A stretch of DNA of 64,000 bases from Dehalococcoidia bacterium. Its GTDB lineage: Bacteria > Chloroflexota > Dehalococcoidia > Lucifugimonadales > UBA3495. How positions within the stretch are numbered: the stretch's first letter is position 1; the number at the start of each line of letters is the position of its first letter. The position numbers and the translations under genes were made by a program. The notes beneath the pieces are model-generated. The model made no database searches and was not told the DNA's origin. It was given only the letters and a program-made list of their open reading frames with translations. This document shows positions 45,601 through 54,831 of the stretch, in pieces. Location of the stretch: positions 373,932-437,931 of the forward strand of contig OZ250156.1 in assembly GCA_965237745.1 (NCBI GenBank), written 5' to 3'.

Positions 45601-48600
45601 TGCTTCCTGCCGGAACCGCCACTGTCACGCTGATGACCGTGACACTGACAGGAACCTTGGCAGTGTAGGTGGTGATTCCGGGGTCGAAGGCCGGTGCCAG
45701 CGTGGCCTCGCTCAGTGACAGGCCGGAGAGTTCAGCGCGAGGGGGCACCAGGTTACCGTCCACATTGTGGTCCGGGAAATTGCCGTTCTGGCCAGGCTCG
45801 GTGTAATCAAGAGTTGCATCTACCCCGGTGGTGGCGTGGCGTATGGTCCCTCCGTTCAACTCAAGCCGGTTTGACCGGATGGCAATTCCGTTGCTGTCCA
45901 CGTCCTCTGGTTGGACTATGTACTCGAACTCCAGTGTCGGTGTGCCGGTCCCGCGGGCATATTCCAAGGATTGGTCTGCGGGGTATTGTCCTGATCACCG
46001 ATTGTGAACGCCAGGGTGGGAGTCCCGTTGGTTGTGTCGACGACAACGGGAGAGTCAAAGGTCACGCCAACAACGATAGTTTCATCTTCGCCGTAAGTGT
46101 CAGTAGCGGCCAACGGCGTGGAGACGACTGCAATCCCATCGGAGACGATATGCGGGCCATTGGCGACCCGGTGGTTGCCTTGGTTCCCCAGTGCTGCGTG
46201 GTCAAGAATGGCATCCCTCCCGTCGCTTGCTTGTCTGATGGTGCCGCCGTCGAGGTCAATCGAGTTGGCGTGAATCGATACTCCGTCCTGGTCGTGGGCC
46301 GCTCCCTCCACGGTATAGGAGAAGGTCAGGATCTATCGACTAACAAGTACTGTCACGCTGCGGTAGCCGCCGTGGTCGTGGACGGGAGGAATGGAGTCCC
46401 GTTCGTGGTGTCCACGGCCACCGGAAGGTCGAACTCCACCTCGATGTCGATGGTATCGCCTGCTCCATAAAAGCGGTCGCTACCAGCGTCACTGGACACC
46501 CACACGGCCTGAATTTGCGGCACGACATAGCGGGTTATGGTCAGGATGTATTCCGTTGAGGCGCTTCCTGCTTTGCTGACGGTCGCGACTATTTCATTCG
46601 CGCCCTCATTCAACCTCCTCTGATAGCCGGGGGGTGGAGGTGTCGCCGTCCCCGGGGTGAAACGACACGGCTGCACCCTGTGCCCTGGTCGCGGTCACCG
46701 TGGTCCACGTTTTGCCGTCGGCCAGGGTTCCGGTATAAAGCGTTCCATTGGATCGGAATGCTTGGTCCAAGGTAACGTCTGACGCCGAAAGGCCGGTGAG
46801 CCGGGCGATAGAACGCTCCTCACCACCATTTATACGGTTGCCCGATATTCGTCCGAGGGCAGAGTGCCTTAAATCCGCTTCCCTGCCATTTTGTGCGTGC
46901 CTCATCAACCCGCCGTTTGCTTTAAGGCGATTGGCCTTGAGGCGCATTTGCAGGTCCACGCTGCCGGCATAGAATTGAGACGCGGTGACGACATTATGGA
47001 ACACCACCTTGTAGCCGCTTGGCCCACTGGTGTAGGCGTACTTGAAGTCCACGCGTGAGTGCAGGCTGTCTGCCACCAGTAGATTCACTCGCAACTTGGG
47101 CCGGCCGCCCGTCAGGTCAACCGACACCGGTTCGTTGAAATACACTGCCAAAGCGACCGTCTCGCCGAGGCCGTAAACTTCTGAATCTTGAGGCGAAGAC
47201 TCGACATCAATCCTGTTGACTGCCGGCAGGACGCGCGGCTCGCGGTAAACGTCCACCGTGTAGGTCACGGTAATGTGTTCGTACTTGGATACTTGGATGG
47301 TAATCGTATTGTTGCCATCGTCCAACGCCACCTGATGGCCTGGTGCCAGAGCGTCAGCGTCTGCCGGTTCAATGCTCACGGCGCCATCAGCCAACGGCGT
47401 CGCCGTAACGGTTGTCACACCCACATGCGAGGCCGTTGCTGCAGTGTATTCGATCTCTGTCGCTGAGAAAGCAGGGGTGACGGTGGCGTCCGTCAATTCC
47501 AGGCCGGTCAGAATGGCACGCGTTGCGGAAAGATTGCCGTTAATTTTGTGCCCTGGCAATGTCCCCGGAACAGAGTGTCCGAGGAGCGCGCTCCGATTGT
47601 TGCTGGTCCCCTTGATTGTGCCGCCATTCTCGCGAATGATGTTGCGGTATACGTAGATACCATTGGCGTCCTGGTCGCTTTCGTCCTGGTTCGCCGTGGT
47701 TGGGTCGGCTGCCTTAACTGCGTATTCGAAAACAAGCTCAGTGCTGCCAGAACCGCTCACGTAGATCGCTGCTGCCGATTTGGCAGGGTGTAGAAGATCC
47801 CCTACTTTGAAAGTCAGACGGGGCCTACCCCCATCTGTATCCACCTGAACCGCTGTATCCACCTGAACCGGCCCATTGAACGTTACTGCGAACCGAATGC
47901 TTTCACCGAATCCGTAGGTGTCGGCGACAGCCGGCGTAGAAATCACCCGGATCCCATCGGCTACGATATAGGGGTGACCTCCGCTCCCGCGAACGCTTAT
48001 TCTCAGAGAGTTGGTGTTAGTTTCGGTTGGCGTCCAATCCAGGGAAGCTCGTACAAGTCCGTCGGCGATGCTCCATGTGTTTTGGCCCGAATCATCCTCG
48101 TCGTCTTCCAGCGTTCTGGAAAACCGGAGGTAGTTGTTATTGGCACAGCCCTCCTGGCACTCGATAACCAACATGTAACGGGTCAAGGGTTCCAATTCGA
48201 TTCTGTCGGGGTCTTCAAACGTGTAGTCTGCGTGGTTCGTGTATGTTCCGCTGTGGGACAGATCAGTCAGCTTGATATCGCCTCGGCTCCCGTCGGATTC
48301 TACAGAATAGATGGCCCCGCTCAGTTTGATGTAGCGCTCATCACGGCTCTTTTTGACCTTAACTACCACGGAGTTCAATCTGAACCCTCGGTCGGGGCCG
48401 GTCACGAATTCCTGACTCAGTCCCTGCTCGGAGGATTCCACACTGGCGGTGCCGTTGGCCACCGATTCAAATTTACCAACAAGCAGGTCCGATGCTTGGG
48501 CGTTGGCCTCTGGAGCGTTGGTCCAAGAAACACCCGCCTCGACGATCATCGCAGTGAACAAAATTGCTATCAAGAGGCCACGGGTCGTCAGCGATTGCAG

Positions 48601-48630
48601 AATCCGTTGGAAAACAATAGGGTAACGCAT
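42659..48630 (-). pseudogene. Giant (~1990 codon) secreted adhesin-like gene broken into at least 9 frames
   Basis: Pieces in N-to-C order: 46606..48630 (signal peptide), 46353..46676, 45916..46311, 45419..45967, 44802..45422, 44139..44756, 44036..44272, 43719..44090, 42784..43722, plus a tail to 42659. Domain content continues across the breaks: repeated ~110-aa modules (...LEFxYxVxxxDxDxDGI...LNGGTI...), cadherin-like beta-sandwich, FN3 and LRR. In-frame TAG codons lie at 44802-04 and 46333-35. Confidence 0.75.
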
Positions 48631-49099
48631 AAGGTATTGGGTGTCTCCTATCAGCGATCACAAAATTGCGACCACCAACGTCAATGATTCAGGAATCTGG
48701 CGGGCCGAAGCGAATTTCGCCCCTGCGGAGCCGAATTAATCGCGGCCCACCCGATTCCGAGCCTGCGGGGGATTGAGCGAAACTTCATTAGCCGAAGCCT
48801 AGGACGTAGAAGCCGGGGGCCATTAACAATGACGCTACCACGTGCGCCTCGTAAATTCCGTGCAATGGAGAGTTATTGACACTGCTCTTTGCGATGTGTC
48901 CGCAAATGTGAGGGCCAAGTGTGATGTGCGTATCCTGACGCTGCATTGCCGGAATTCAATGTGAGCAGGAGCTCTATGGTGTGTGCAATAGTCAAATGCG
49001 CAAACATCAGCAGCCAGTTGGTTTTTCTGCAAACCCAGCCAGCCCCGCTGCTGATGTTCAATGAACATTTCCGCTTGCCAATTAGGCGGAAATGTTCAT

Positions 49100-49250
49100 T
49101 CAGACACCGGCCACATCATTCAAATACGGAGCGACGGTTACCGTGCTGGTCCGCCTGACAGGCGGGCCCTCGGCCAGAGCGTATCTCCATGCGGCTTCTC
49201 TGTGGATGCCCACCTCCCGGGCGATTCCATGAAGGGAGAGGCCTCTACGT
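49100..49250 (-). pseudogene. IS21-family IstA transposase N-terminal HTH fragment
   Basis: The minus-strand translation GLSLHGIAREVGIHREAAWRYALAEGPPVRRTSTVTVAPYLNDV matches the IstA HTH region. Confidence 0.4.
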
Positions 49251-49289
49251 TAGGTAAATGATCAGGGCCTTTAGGACAGATATTCAGAG

Positions 49290-49640
49290 TCGTCAGGAGC
49301 GCCACGCCCTGATCCCGTGAGACGGCCCAGCTCTGCGAGATCGCCAACTGGCGCAACGCCAAAGTCCACCAGGACCATCACGTCCAGTGCCAGCAGGCCC
49401 TGTTCTCGGTGCCGGTGTCCCTGCGAACTCCAGGCCGGCAGGTGGAGGTCAGGGTGGGCAGCAAACTGGTGCGCATCTACCACCGGGGCAAGCTGATCAA
49501 GTCCCACACCCGCCAGCCTGCGCGGCGCGCGCCACCGATCCCGACGACTATCCGGCGGAGTTGACCGCCTACACCCTGCGTGCACCGGACAGGATCAAGC
49601 GCAGAGCGGCGGAGCACGAACTCGCGGTGGCCGAATTCGA
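49290..49640 (+). pseudogene. IS21-family IstA C-terminal fragment (frameshifted), opposite orientation to the N-terminal fragment
   Basis: ...ANWRNAKVHQDHHVQCQQALFSVPVSLRTPGRQVEVRVGSKLVRIYHRGKLIKSHTRQP, then in another frame RATDPDDYPAELTAYTLRAPDRIKRRAAE. Confidence 0.45.
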
Positions 49641-49659
49641 AGGGGTGGTTATTCATAAC

Positions 49660-49900
49660 CATGCCCGGTGCCTATGCCCAAGGTTATTCTGACGCTCTTT
49701 GGAGCCACGTCAAAAAGGGAGTGAGAGAACGAGTTCAGCAGGGCATGTTCAACGGGGAACTACAAATGAGGCTATGGAAGAGGCGACGCTAACTGTTGCG
49801 GAATCGATGAATGACATACAGGGTGTCATGTTGACCCGGAAAGGGATCCCACGGCCGTCGAGCTCTTCGACGGGGACTCAACTGGAGTCGAGTTTCAAGC
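49660..49900 (+). pseudogene. Possible large serine recombinase remnant next to ssrA (weak)
   Basis: The fragments ...SHVKKGVRERVQQGMFNGE... and ...LTVAESMNDIQGVMLTRKGIPRPS... resemble the resolvase-to-recombinase-domain junction. Several frames are involved. Confidence 0.25.
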
Positions 49901-50220
49901 GAGGCTGGCCTTGTGGCAACGGACCGGGATACCGCAACAGAGGAAAGAGAAGGGGTTACTTACCCTGTTATGTACCGGAATTTGACGATGTGGTGGAGGC
50001 TGACAAAATACTCAGGGACTTTGGTGCCCCGTGGCTGTCACAGAAGATAACCCGACGCAACGAAATGGCGAAGGCAATGCCGCAGGGAGGGCCAGGTGGA
50101 ATTGGACCAGAGGAGGATAGTAGTGATGAGGCCGAAGGAGGCATTTCTGGGGACGGTGAGAAAAAGCGACGTGGCTGTGGCTGGATGCTCCAAGCCACAT
50201 CCCACAGTTTAGAAGAGGAA

Positions 50221-50572
50221 TGGTGGAGACGGGGGAGAGTCGAACTCCCCGTCCAGAAGAGCCTATAAACCGGATATACTACAAGCTTGTCCGCCGGTTC
50301 GTTCTTGGACTCTTCAGGCACCGCCGGCGCATCCTGAAGAGGCCCAGCCGGTAAATCTTTGGCCGCCGTTACCGGCGTAGGGCTGGCCGCATCCCGGACT
50401 TATGGCGCCTGACATCCCCTCTTCCGGGAATAGCTGGGAGCAGACGTAGCCGCTTTAGGCGGCTAGAGCGAATTCACGTTCGCCAGTTATTTTTGCCACC
50501 TGATTAACGAGGGTGATGGCACCTCGGCTTGCAATCCGTTACTGGACGCCCCTGTCGAACCCGCGCGTCCCC
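50221..50572 (-). ncRNA. ssrA: tmRNA (SsrA), one-piece, tag reading frame GEREFALAA*
   Basis: On the minus strand the 5' end is GGGGACGCGCGGGTTCGACAGGGGCG and the 3' end is GGACGGGGAGTTCGACTCTCCCCCGTCTCCACCA. The internal frame GGC GAA CGT GAA TTC GCT CTA GCC GCC TAA follows AATAACT. Confidence 0.9.
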
Positions 50573-50637
50573 ATTTCACTATGGCATCGTCGCCACCTAC
50601 GGCCAAAATCATAAGGACATCGGCTTGCGGGTGGAGA

Positions 50638-50713
50638 TGGCGACCCGGATGGGATTCGAACCCACGATCTTTGGCGTGACAGGCCAATATGTTAACCGCT
50701 ACACCACCGGGCC
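50638..50713 (-). tRNA. tRNA-Asp (GUC)
   Basis: GGCCCGGTGGTGTAGCGGTTAACATATTGGCCTGTCACGCCAAAGATCGTGGGTTCGAATCCCATCCGGGTCGCCA folds as a 76-nt cloverleaf. The anticodon loop is CTGTCAC, the discriminator is G and CCA is encoded. Confidence 0.92.
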
Positions 50714-50748
50714 ATAAGCAGCCGGGCCAATACCGGCCAAGTTATTTG

Positions 50749-50777
50749 AGTGTATGCCGTCCGAATTTCGTTGTCAA
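50749..50777 (-). promoter_or_regulatory. Candidate promoter for tRNA-Asp/ssrA
   Basis: On the minus strand: TTGACA (50777-72), 17-nt spacer, TACACT (50754-49), ~35 nt upstream of the tRNA 5' end. Confidence 0.45.
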
Positions 50778-50884
50778 TAGACTCTGTGCCACAGGCAATC
50801 GCGTCTTAAACCACGGGTGCCTCCACCCCGGCCATTCCGTTACCACGGCAAAAGCCGGCACAGGAATCCAGAGCCACCCCCGCA

Positions 50885-50917
50885 GGTCCGCACAGCCGTG
50901 CGCCCTGCCGCCCTGTC
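50885..50917. repeat. REP-A repeat copy (degenerate, opposite orientation, with the GACAGGG extension)
   Basis: The reverse complement reads gacagggcggcagggcgcacggctgtgcggacc. Confidence 0.55.
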
Positions 50918-51022
50918 TCGCAATCTGCTGACAGTTGCCGCTTGCCAAGCCCCATGACACCCCTCTACCATACCTTCAGTAAAAGGATGTGTGACAATTC
51001 CCTTCTCCTTACGGGAACAAAT

Positions 51023-51070
51023 CCCCTCTCCCTCCGGGGGGAGGGTTAGAGCGAGGGCAAGGGCGTCCCC
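51023..51070. repeat. REP-B repeat copy
   Basis: cccctctccctccggggggagggttagagcgagggcaagggcgtcccc. Confidence 0.65.
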
Positions 51071-51100
51071 CACCCGGCCAGCTCATCCACCCAACGCCGC

Positions 51101-51140
51101 AAATGAGTGGAAATGAATGGAAATGAATGGAAATGACAGG
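51101..51140. repeat. 10-bp tandem repeat x4 (AAATGARTGG)
   Basis: aaatgagtgg aaatgaatgg aaatgaatgg aaatgacagg. It lies ~150 nt downstream of the coxL-like stop. Confidence 0.8.
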
Positions 51141-51288
51141 ATATATTAAAAAATGCGCGACCCGTCAACGACCCTCAGCCAACTGCACCGACAGCCGGAA
51201 ACGGCGCGTTCAGAAAAAATTCGACTACCAGATTTAGGCGCGCTTGCCTTGACGCGGATGGACGGTCTCATGCCGGTTGAGGTACTCA

Positions 51289-53640
51289 CTAATCTCCAAC
51301 TAGCCCTCGCATCGCCCGCCATATCCGCTCCGGCTTTAGCGGTATGTCCAGCTGTGGAGTACCCAACTGAGACAGCGCGTCGGCGACAGCGTTGACGACG
51401 GCTGGAACGGCGGCGATGGTCGGGGTCTCGCCCATGCCCTTCACACCCAGCGGATTGTAGGGGCTGGGGGTCTCCATAAACTGGACATTAAAATCGGGCA
51501 GATGCTTCGCCTGTGGCATGGCGTAGTCCATGAAGCTGCCGGAGAGCAGGGGGCCGCTGTCGTCCCACACCGCTTCCTCCATCAGAGCCGCGCCTATGCC
51601 TTGGGCCAGCCCACCATGCACTTGGCCGTGGACCACCAGCGGATTCACGATCACGCCGAAGTCGTTGACAGAATAGAAACCGGCCAGTTGAACGACGCCG
51701 TTGTCTGGGTCCACGCGCACCACGGCCACGTTGGCGCTGTAGGGGAAGGTGTAGGTCTCCGGCTCCCAGTACACGCTGGCCTCCAAGCCTCGTTCGGTTC
51801 CCTCGGGTACCGGCTGGGGGCCTATGGAAAGAGCGGCCACGTCGCGCCACGTGACAAAGCGGTCCGGGATGTCTTCGGCGAAAAACCCGCCCCGCCGCAA
51901 CTGGACGAACTCCGGCTCGGTGCGCAGAAGGGCGGCGGCCAGTTTCAGCGCCTTGTCTTTCACTTGGCGGCTGGCCGTGACGACCGCGGTGCCGCCCACG
52001 ACGATGGAGCGGCTGGCCCGCGTGCCGGTGCCTTGAGCGATGAGGTGCGTATCACCGTACACCACATGCACGTCCTCCAGCGGAACCGCCAGCTCGTCGG
52101 CGGCGATCTGAGCGAAGGTCGTCTCGTGGCCTTGGCCGTGAGGCGATGAGCCGGTGTAGACGGTCACATGCCCTGTGGAGTCCACCTGCACGGTGGAGGT
52201 TTCGTAGCCGGGCCGAACGCTGAGGGAGCCTGACGGCCCGAAGCCGGAAGCGTCAACAGTGGTGGCGATTCCGATGCCCATCAGTTGGCCGCGGTCCCGC
52301 AGCCGCGCCTGCTCGTCCCGAAGTCCGGCATAGTCCGCAAGCTCTAGCACCGTTTCCAGCCCTCTGAGGTAGTCGCCGCTGTCATGCAGGCGGCCCGTGG
52401 GAGAGCGGTACGGAAAGGCGCCGGTGGGGATGAGGTTGCGCCGCCGCACCTCGGCGGGATCCATGCTGAGAGCTTGGGCGATACCGTCCATCACCCGCTC
52501 GGCGGCGTAGGCAGTGGCGTGCTGACCGTAGCCTCGGTACGGCCCGACGGACATCTTGTTGGTGAAGACGCCGAACACCTCCCAGTGCAGGTGTTCCACC
52601 GTGTAGGCGCCGGCGGCACCGGAGGGGGTGAGGGTCTCGGCCACACCGTGGGTGCCGCCAAAGCAGTAGGCTCCCAGGTCGGTGTAGTACTTCGTCCGCA
52701 GGGCCAGCAGCTTTCCATCGTTGCGGTAGGCCGCCTCGACGTACTGCACCTCACCGCGCCCGTGAATGGTGGAGGTGAACTCCTCCTGCCTCTCTCCGTC
52801 CCAGCGCACCGGGCGGTTGAGGCGCATCGCCAGCGCCGCCGCGATGATGGTTTCCGGATAGGTGTCTATCTTTGCTCCAAAGCCCCCTCCAACGTCACGA
52901 GAGAGCACCCGAATCCGGTTCTCCGCCAAGCCCAACACGCCCGCCACGGCCCTGCGTTCCATGTGGGGAGCCTGGGTGGAAAGCCACAGGGTCACTTCAT
53001 GGACGCCGCGTTCATAGCTGGCGGTAACCGCGCGCGGTTCCAAGGCGTTGGGCACCAGGCGCGGCTCCACCAGCCTTATCGACAGGACGCCGTCAGCTTC
53101 GACGAAAGCTGCGTCCGGGTCGCCGACGGTGCGTGAGCTGGTTACACACAGGTTGGTGCCCAGGTCTTCATGGACCAGGGGCGTCCCATCCTCCAGCCCT
53201 CGCTCGCAGTCCACCACGACGGGAAGCGGTTCGTAGTCCACTTCGATTAGCTCCAGCGCGTCATGGGCGATGTAGGAGTCGGTGGCGACAACAACGGCGA
53301 CCGGCTCGCCCTCGTACTTGGCAACGTCCGCCGCCATCGGCCAACGGCTCTTGGCCTTCATGTGCTCGCGGACCCCGGCCAGGGGCAGCTCGGCGACGCA
53401 GGCGGCGTTGAATTCCGCTCCAGTGACGACTGCGAGCACGCCGGGGAGGTTTCGGGCAGCCTCAACATTGATGCTGCGAATACGAGCGTGCGCGTGAGGG
53501 CTGCGCAGTACCGTCATTTCCGCAGCGTCGCGGGGCAGTATGTCGCCGGCGTACCGGCCCTCGCCTTGGATGAGGCGAAAGTCCTCCTTTCGTCGTACCG
53601 GCGCTCCCACCAAGTTTCCGTTGCTTCCTGAAGGCTCCAC
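51289..53640 (-). CDS. Molybdopterin-binding large subunit of the xanthine dehydrogenase/CO dehydrogenase family (CoxL-like)
   Basis: 783 aa. VGAPVRRKEDFRLIQGEGRYAGD..., ...GGGFGAK... and ...GSSPHGQGHETTFAQI... are typical of the family. No medium or small subunit gene is adjacent. Confidence 0.8.
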   Translation of the reverse strand: MEPSGSNGNLVGAPVRRKEDFRLIQGEGRYAGDILPRDAAEMTVLRSPHAHARIRSINVEAARNLPGVLAVVTGAEFNAACVAELPLAGVREHMKAKSRWPMAADVAKYEGEPVAVVVATDSYIAHDALELIEVDYEPLPVVVDCERGLEDGTPLVHEDLGTNLCVTSSRTVGDPDAAFVEADGVLSIRLVEPRLVPNALEPRAVTASYERGVHEVTLWLSTQAPHMERRAVAGVLGLAENRIRVLSRDVGGGFGAKIDTYPETIIAAALAMRLNRPVRWDGERQEEFTSTIHGRGEVQYVEAAYRNDGKLLALRTKYYTDLGAYCFGGTHGVAETLTPSGAAGAYTVEHLHWEVFGVFTNKMSVGPYRGYGQHATAYAAERVMDGIAQALSMDPAEVRRRNLIPTGAFPYRSPTGRLHDSGDYLRGLETVLELADYAGLRDEQARLRDRGQLMGIGIATTVDASGFGPSGSLSVRPGYETSTVQVDSTGHVTVYTGSSPHGQGHETTFAQIAADELAVPLEDVHVVYGDTHLIAQGTGTRASRSIVVGGTAVVTASRQVKDKALKLAAALLRTEPEFVQLRRGGFFAEDIPDRFVTWRDVAALSIGPQPVPEGTERGLEASVYWEPETYTFPYSANVAVVRVDPDNGVVQLAGFYSVNDFGVIVNPLVVHGQVHGGLAQGIGAALMEEAVWDDSGPLLSGSFMDYAMPQAKHLPDFNVQFMETPSPYNPLGVKGMGETPTIAAVPAVVNAVADALSQLGTPQLDIPLKPERIWRAMRGLVGD

Positions 53641-53804
53641 GGAGCGCCTCCTTGCATCGATTCTGGGGTCTCTGATGTTGCGACATAATAACTTATATCG
53701 GAAATGAATGGCAGTGCGCCAGTCGCGGTTTTATAATGTGACTAATCCCGACGTGCCTTGGGCATAATCCGGCGATACTCCGAGACGGGATAAGAGGAGG
53801 AGGT

Positions 53805-54755
53805 ATGGCGACTTTCGGTGACTTGGAAAGAGCATTGGCAGACCTTTATCCCTACCGCTGGGCAATAGGGGCTGTGGTCATAGTGCTGATCGCAGCGTTC
53901 CTGGCCTTCAGTTGGTGGCGCGGCTGGCATCTCTGGGCTTGGCGATACCGCAAACCGCTGGGCATCGTGTCGGTGCCGCTGCTGGTCATAACGCTGTGGC
54001 TGGGCTGGTCCTTGGGCTCGCCGCTGTTCACCAACGTTACCGTGGATGAGGCGTTCCCCTTCGCAGCCACCGCCACTGTGCCGGACGGCATGGAGCGAGA
54101 GGATGTGGAGCAGGTTCTGTCTGGCTTTTCCAAGGTGGATACGCCGGTGATGGAGACCATGCCCGCCCCCGCCGCCATCGACGCCTCGGTCGCCCTCGCA
54201 TCGGAGGAGGCTGACGCCGAGGATGGGCTGGTAGTGTTTACCCCGGTCCGCCGGGCGGCTCTCGAGGAGGGTATGGCCATGGCAATGAAGGCAGCGGAAG
54301 CCGACAGCATGGAGGAGTCGTCCGCGATGACCGACGAGGCGGTGGCCATGATGGAGGAAGTCATCGAGCAGTCTGAGATGGCGGCACAGCCCGCAGCGGC
54401 CGACGAAGTGGAGGCGGTGACCATGGGCCACTTCGTGGACGCCGATGCTTTCCACCGAGGCAGCGGCACCGCCACCATCTACCGTACGCCCGATGGCTCG
54501 GAGATCCTGCGTCTGGAGGACCTGGACGTCACCAACGGGCCGGCGCTGCACGTCGTCCTGTCCACGCACCCGGGCCCGGAGCGTTCGGAGCAGGTGAAGC
54601 AGGATGGTTACGTTGACCTGGGTGACCTGAAGGGCAACAAGGGCAACCAGAACTATCCGATACCGGCAGGTGTGGACACGTCCATCCACAAGAGCGTGGT
54701 GATCTACTGCTACCCCTTCGCCGTTGTGTTCAGCGTGGCGACGCTGTCTCGCTAA
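53805..54755 (+). CDS. DM13-domain membrane protein
   Basis: Two N-terminal TM helices are followed by GHFVDADAFHRGSGTATIY...LRLEDLDVTNGPALHVVLS...LGDLKGNKGNQNYPIP...VVIYCYPFAVVFSVATL, which is the DM13 pattern. Confidence 0.7.
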   Translation: MATFGDLERALADLYPYRWAIGAVVIVLIAAFLAFSWWRGWHLWAWRYRKPLGIVSVPLLVITLWLGWSLGSPLFTNVTVDEAFPFAATATVPDGMEREDVEQVLSGFSKVDTPVMETMPAPAAIDASVALASEEADAEDGLVVFTPVRRAALEEGMAMAMKAAEADSMEESSAMTDEAVAMMEEVIEQSEMAAQPAAADEVEAVTMGHFVDADAFHRGSGTATIYRTPDGSEILRLEDLDVTNGPALHVVLSTHPGPERSEQVKQDGYVDLGDLKGNKGNQNYPIPAGVDTSIHKSVVIYCYPFAVVFSVATLSR

Positions 54756-54831
54756 AAGTGCTTGCCCACCGTTGAACGTTGGCGGATAATGCCCGAAACA
54801 GTCTCGCGTGGGGAATAGGAGGCGCACGGTC

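Noticed and set aside
49699-50268. 189-aa ORF running into the tmRNA gene.
   Set aside because: Its 3' end overlaps the ssrA 3' terminus. The product has no motifs except short recombinase-like snippets that lie in other frames. I treat it as non-coding debris.
51153-51395. 80-aa plus-strand ORF after the 10-bp repeat array.
   Set aside because: It overlaps the 3' end of the CoxL-like gene on the opposite strand, has no SD sequence and has no motifs.
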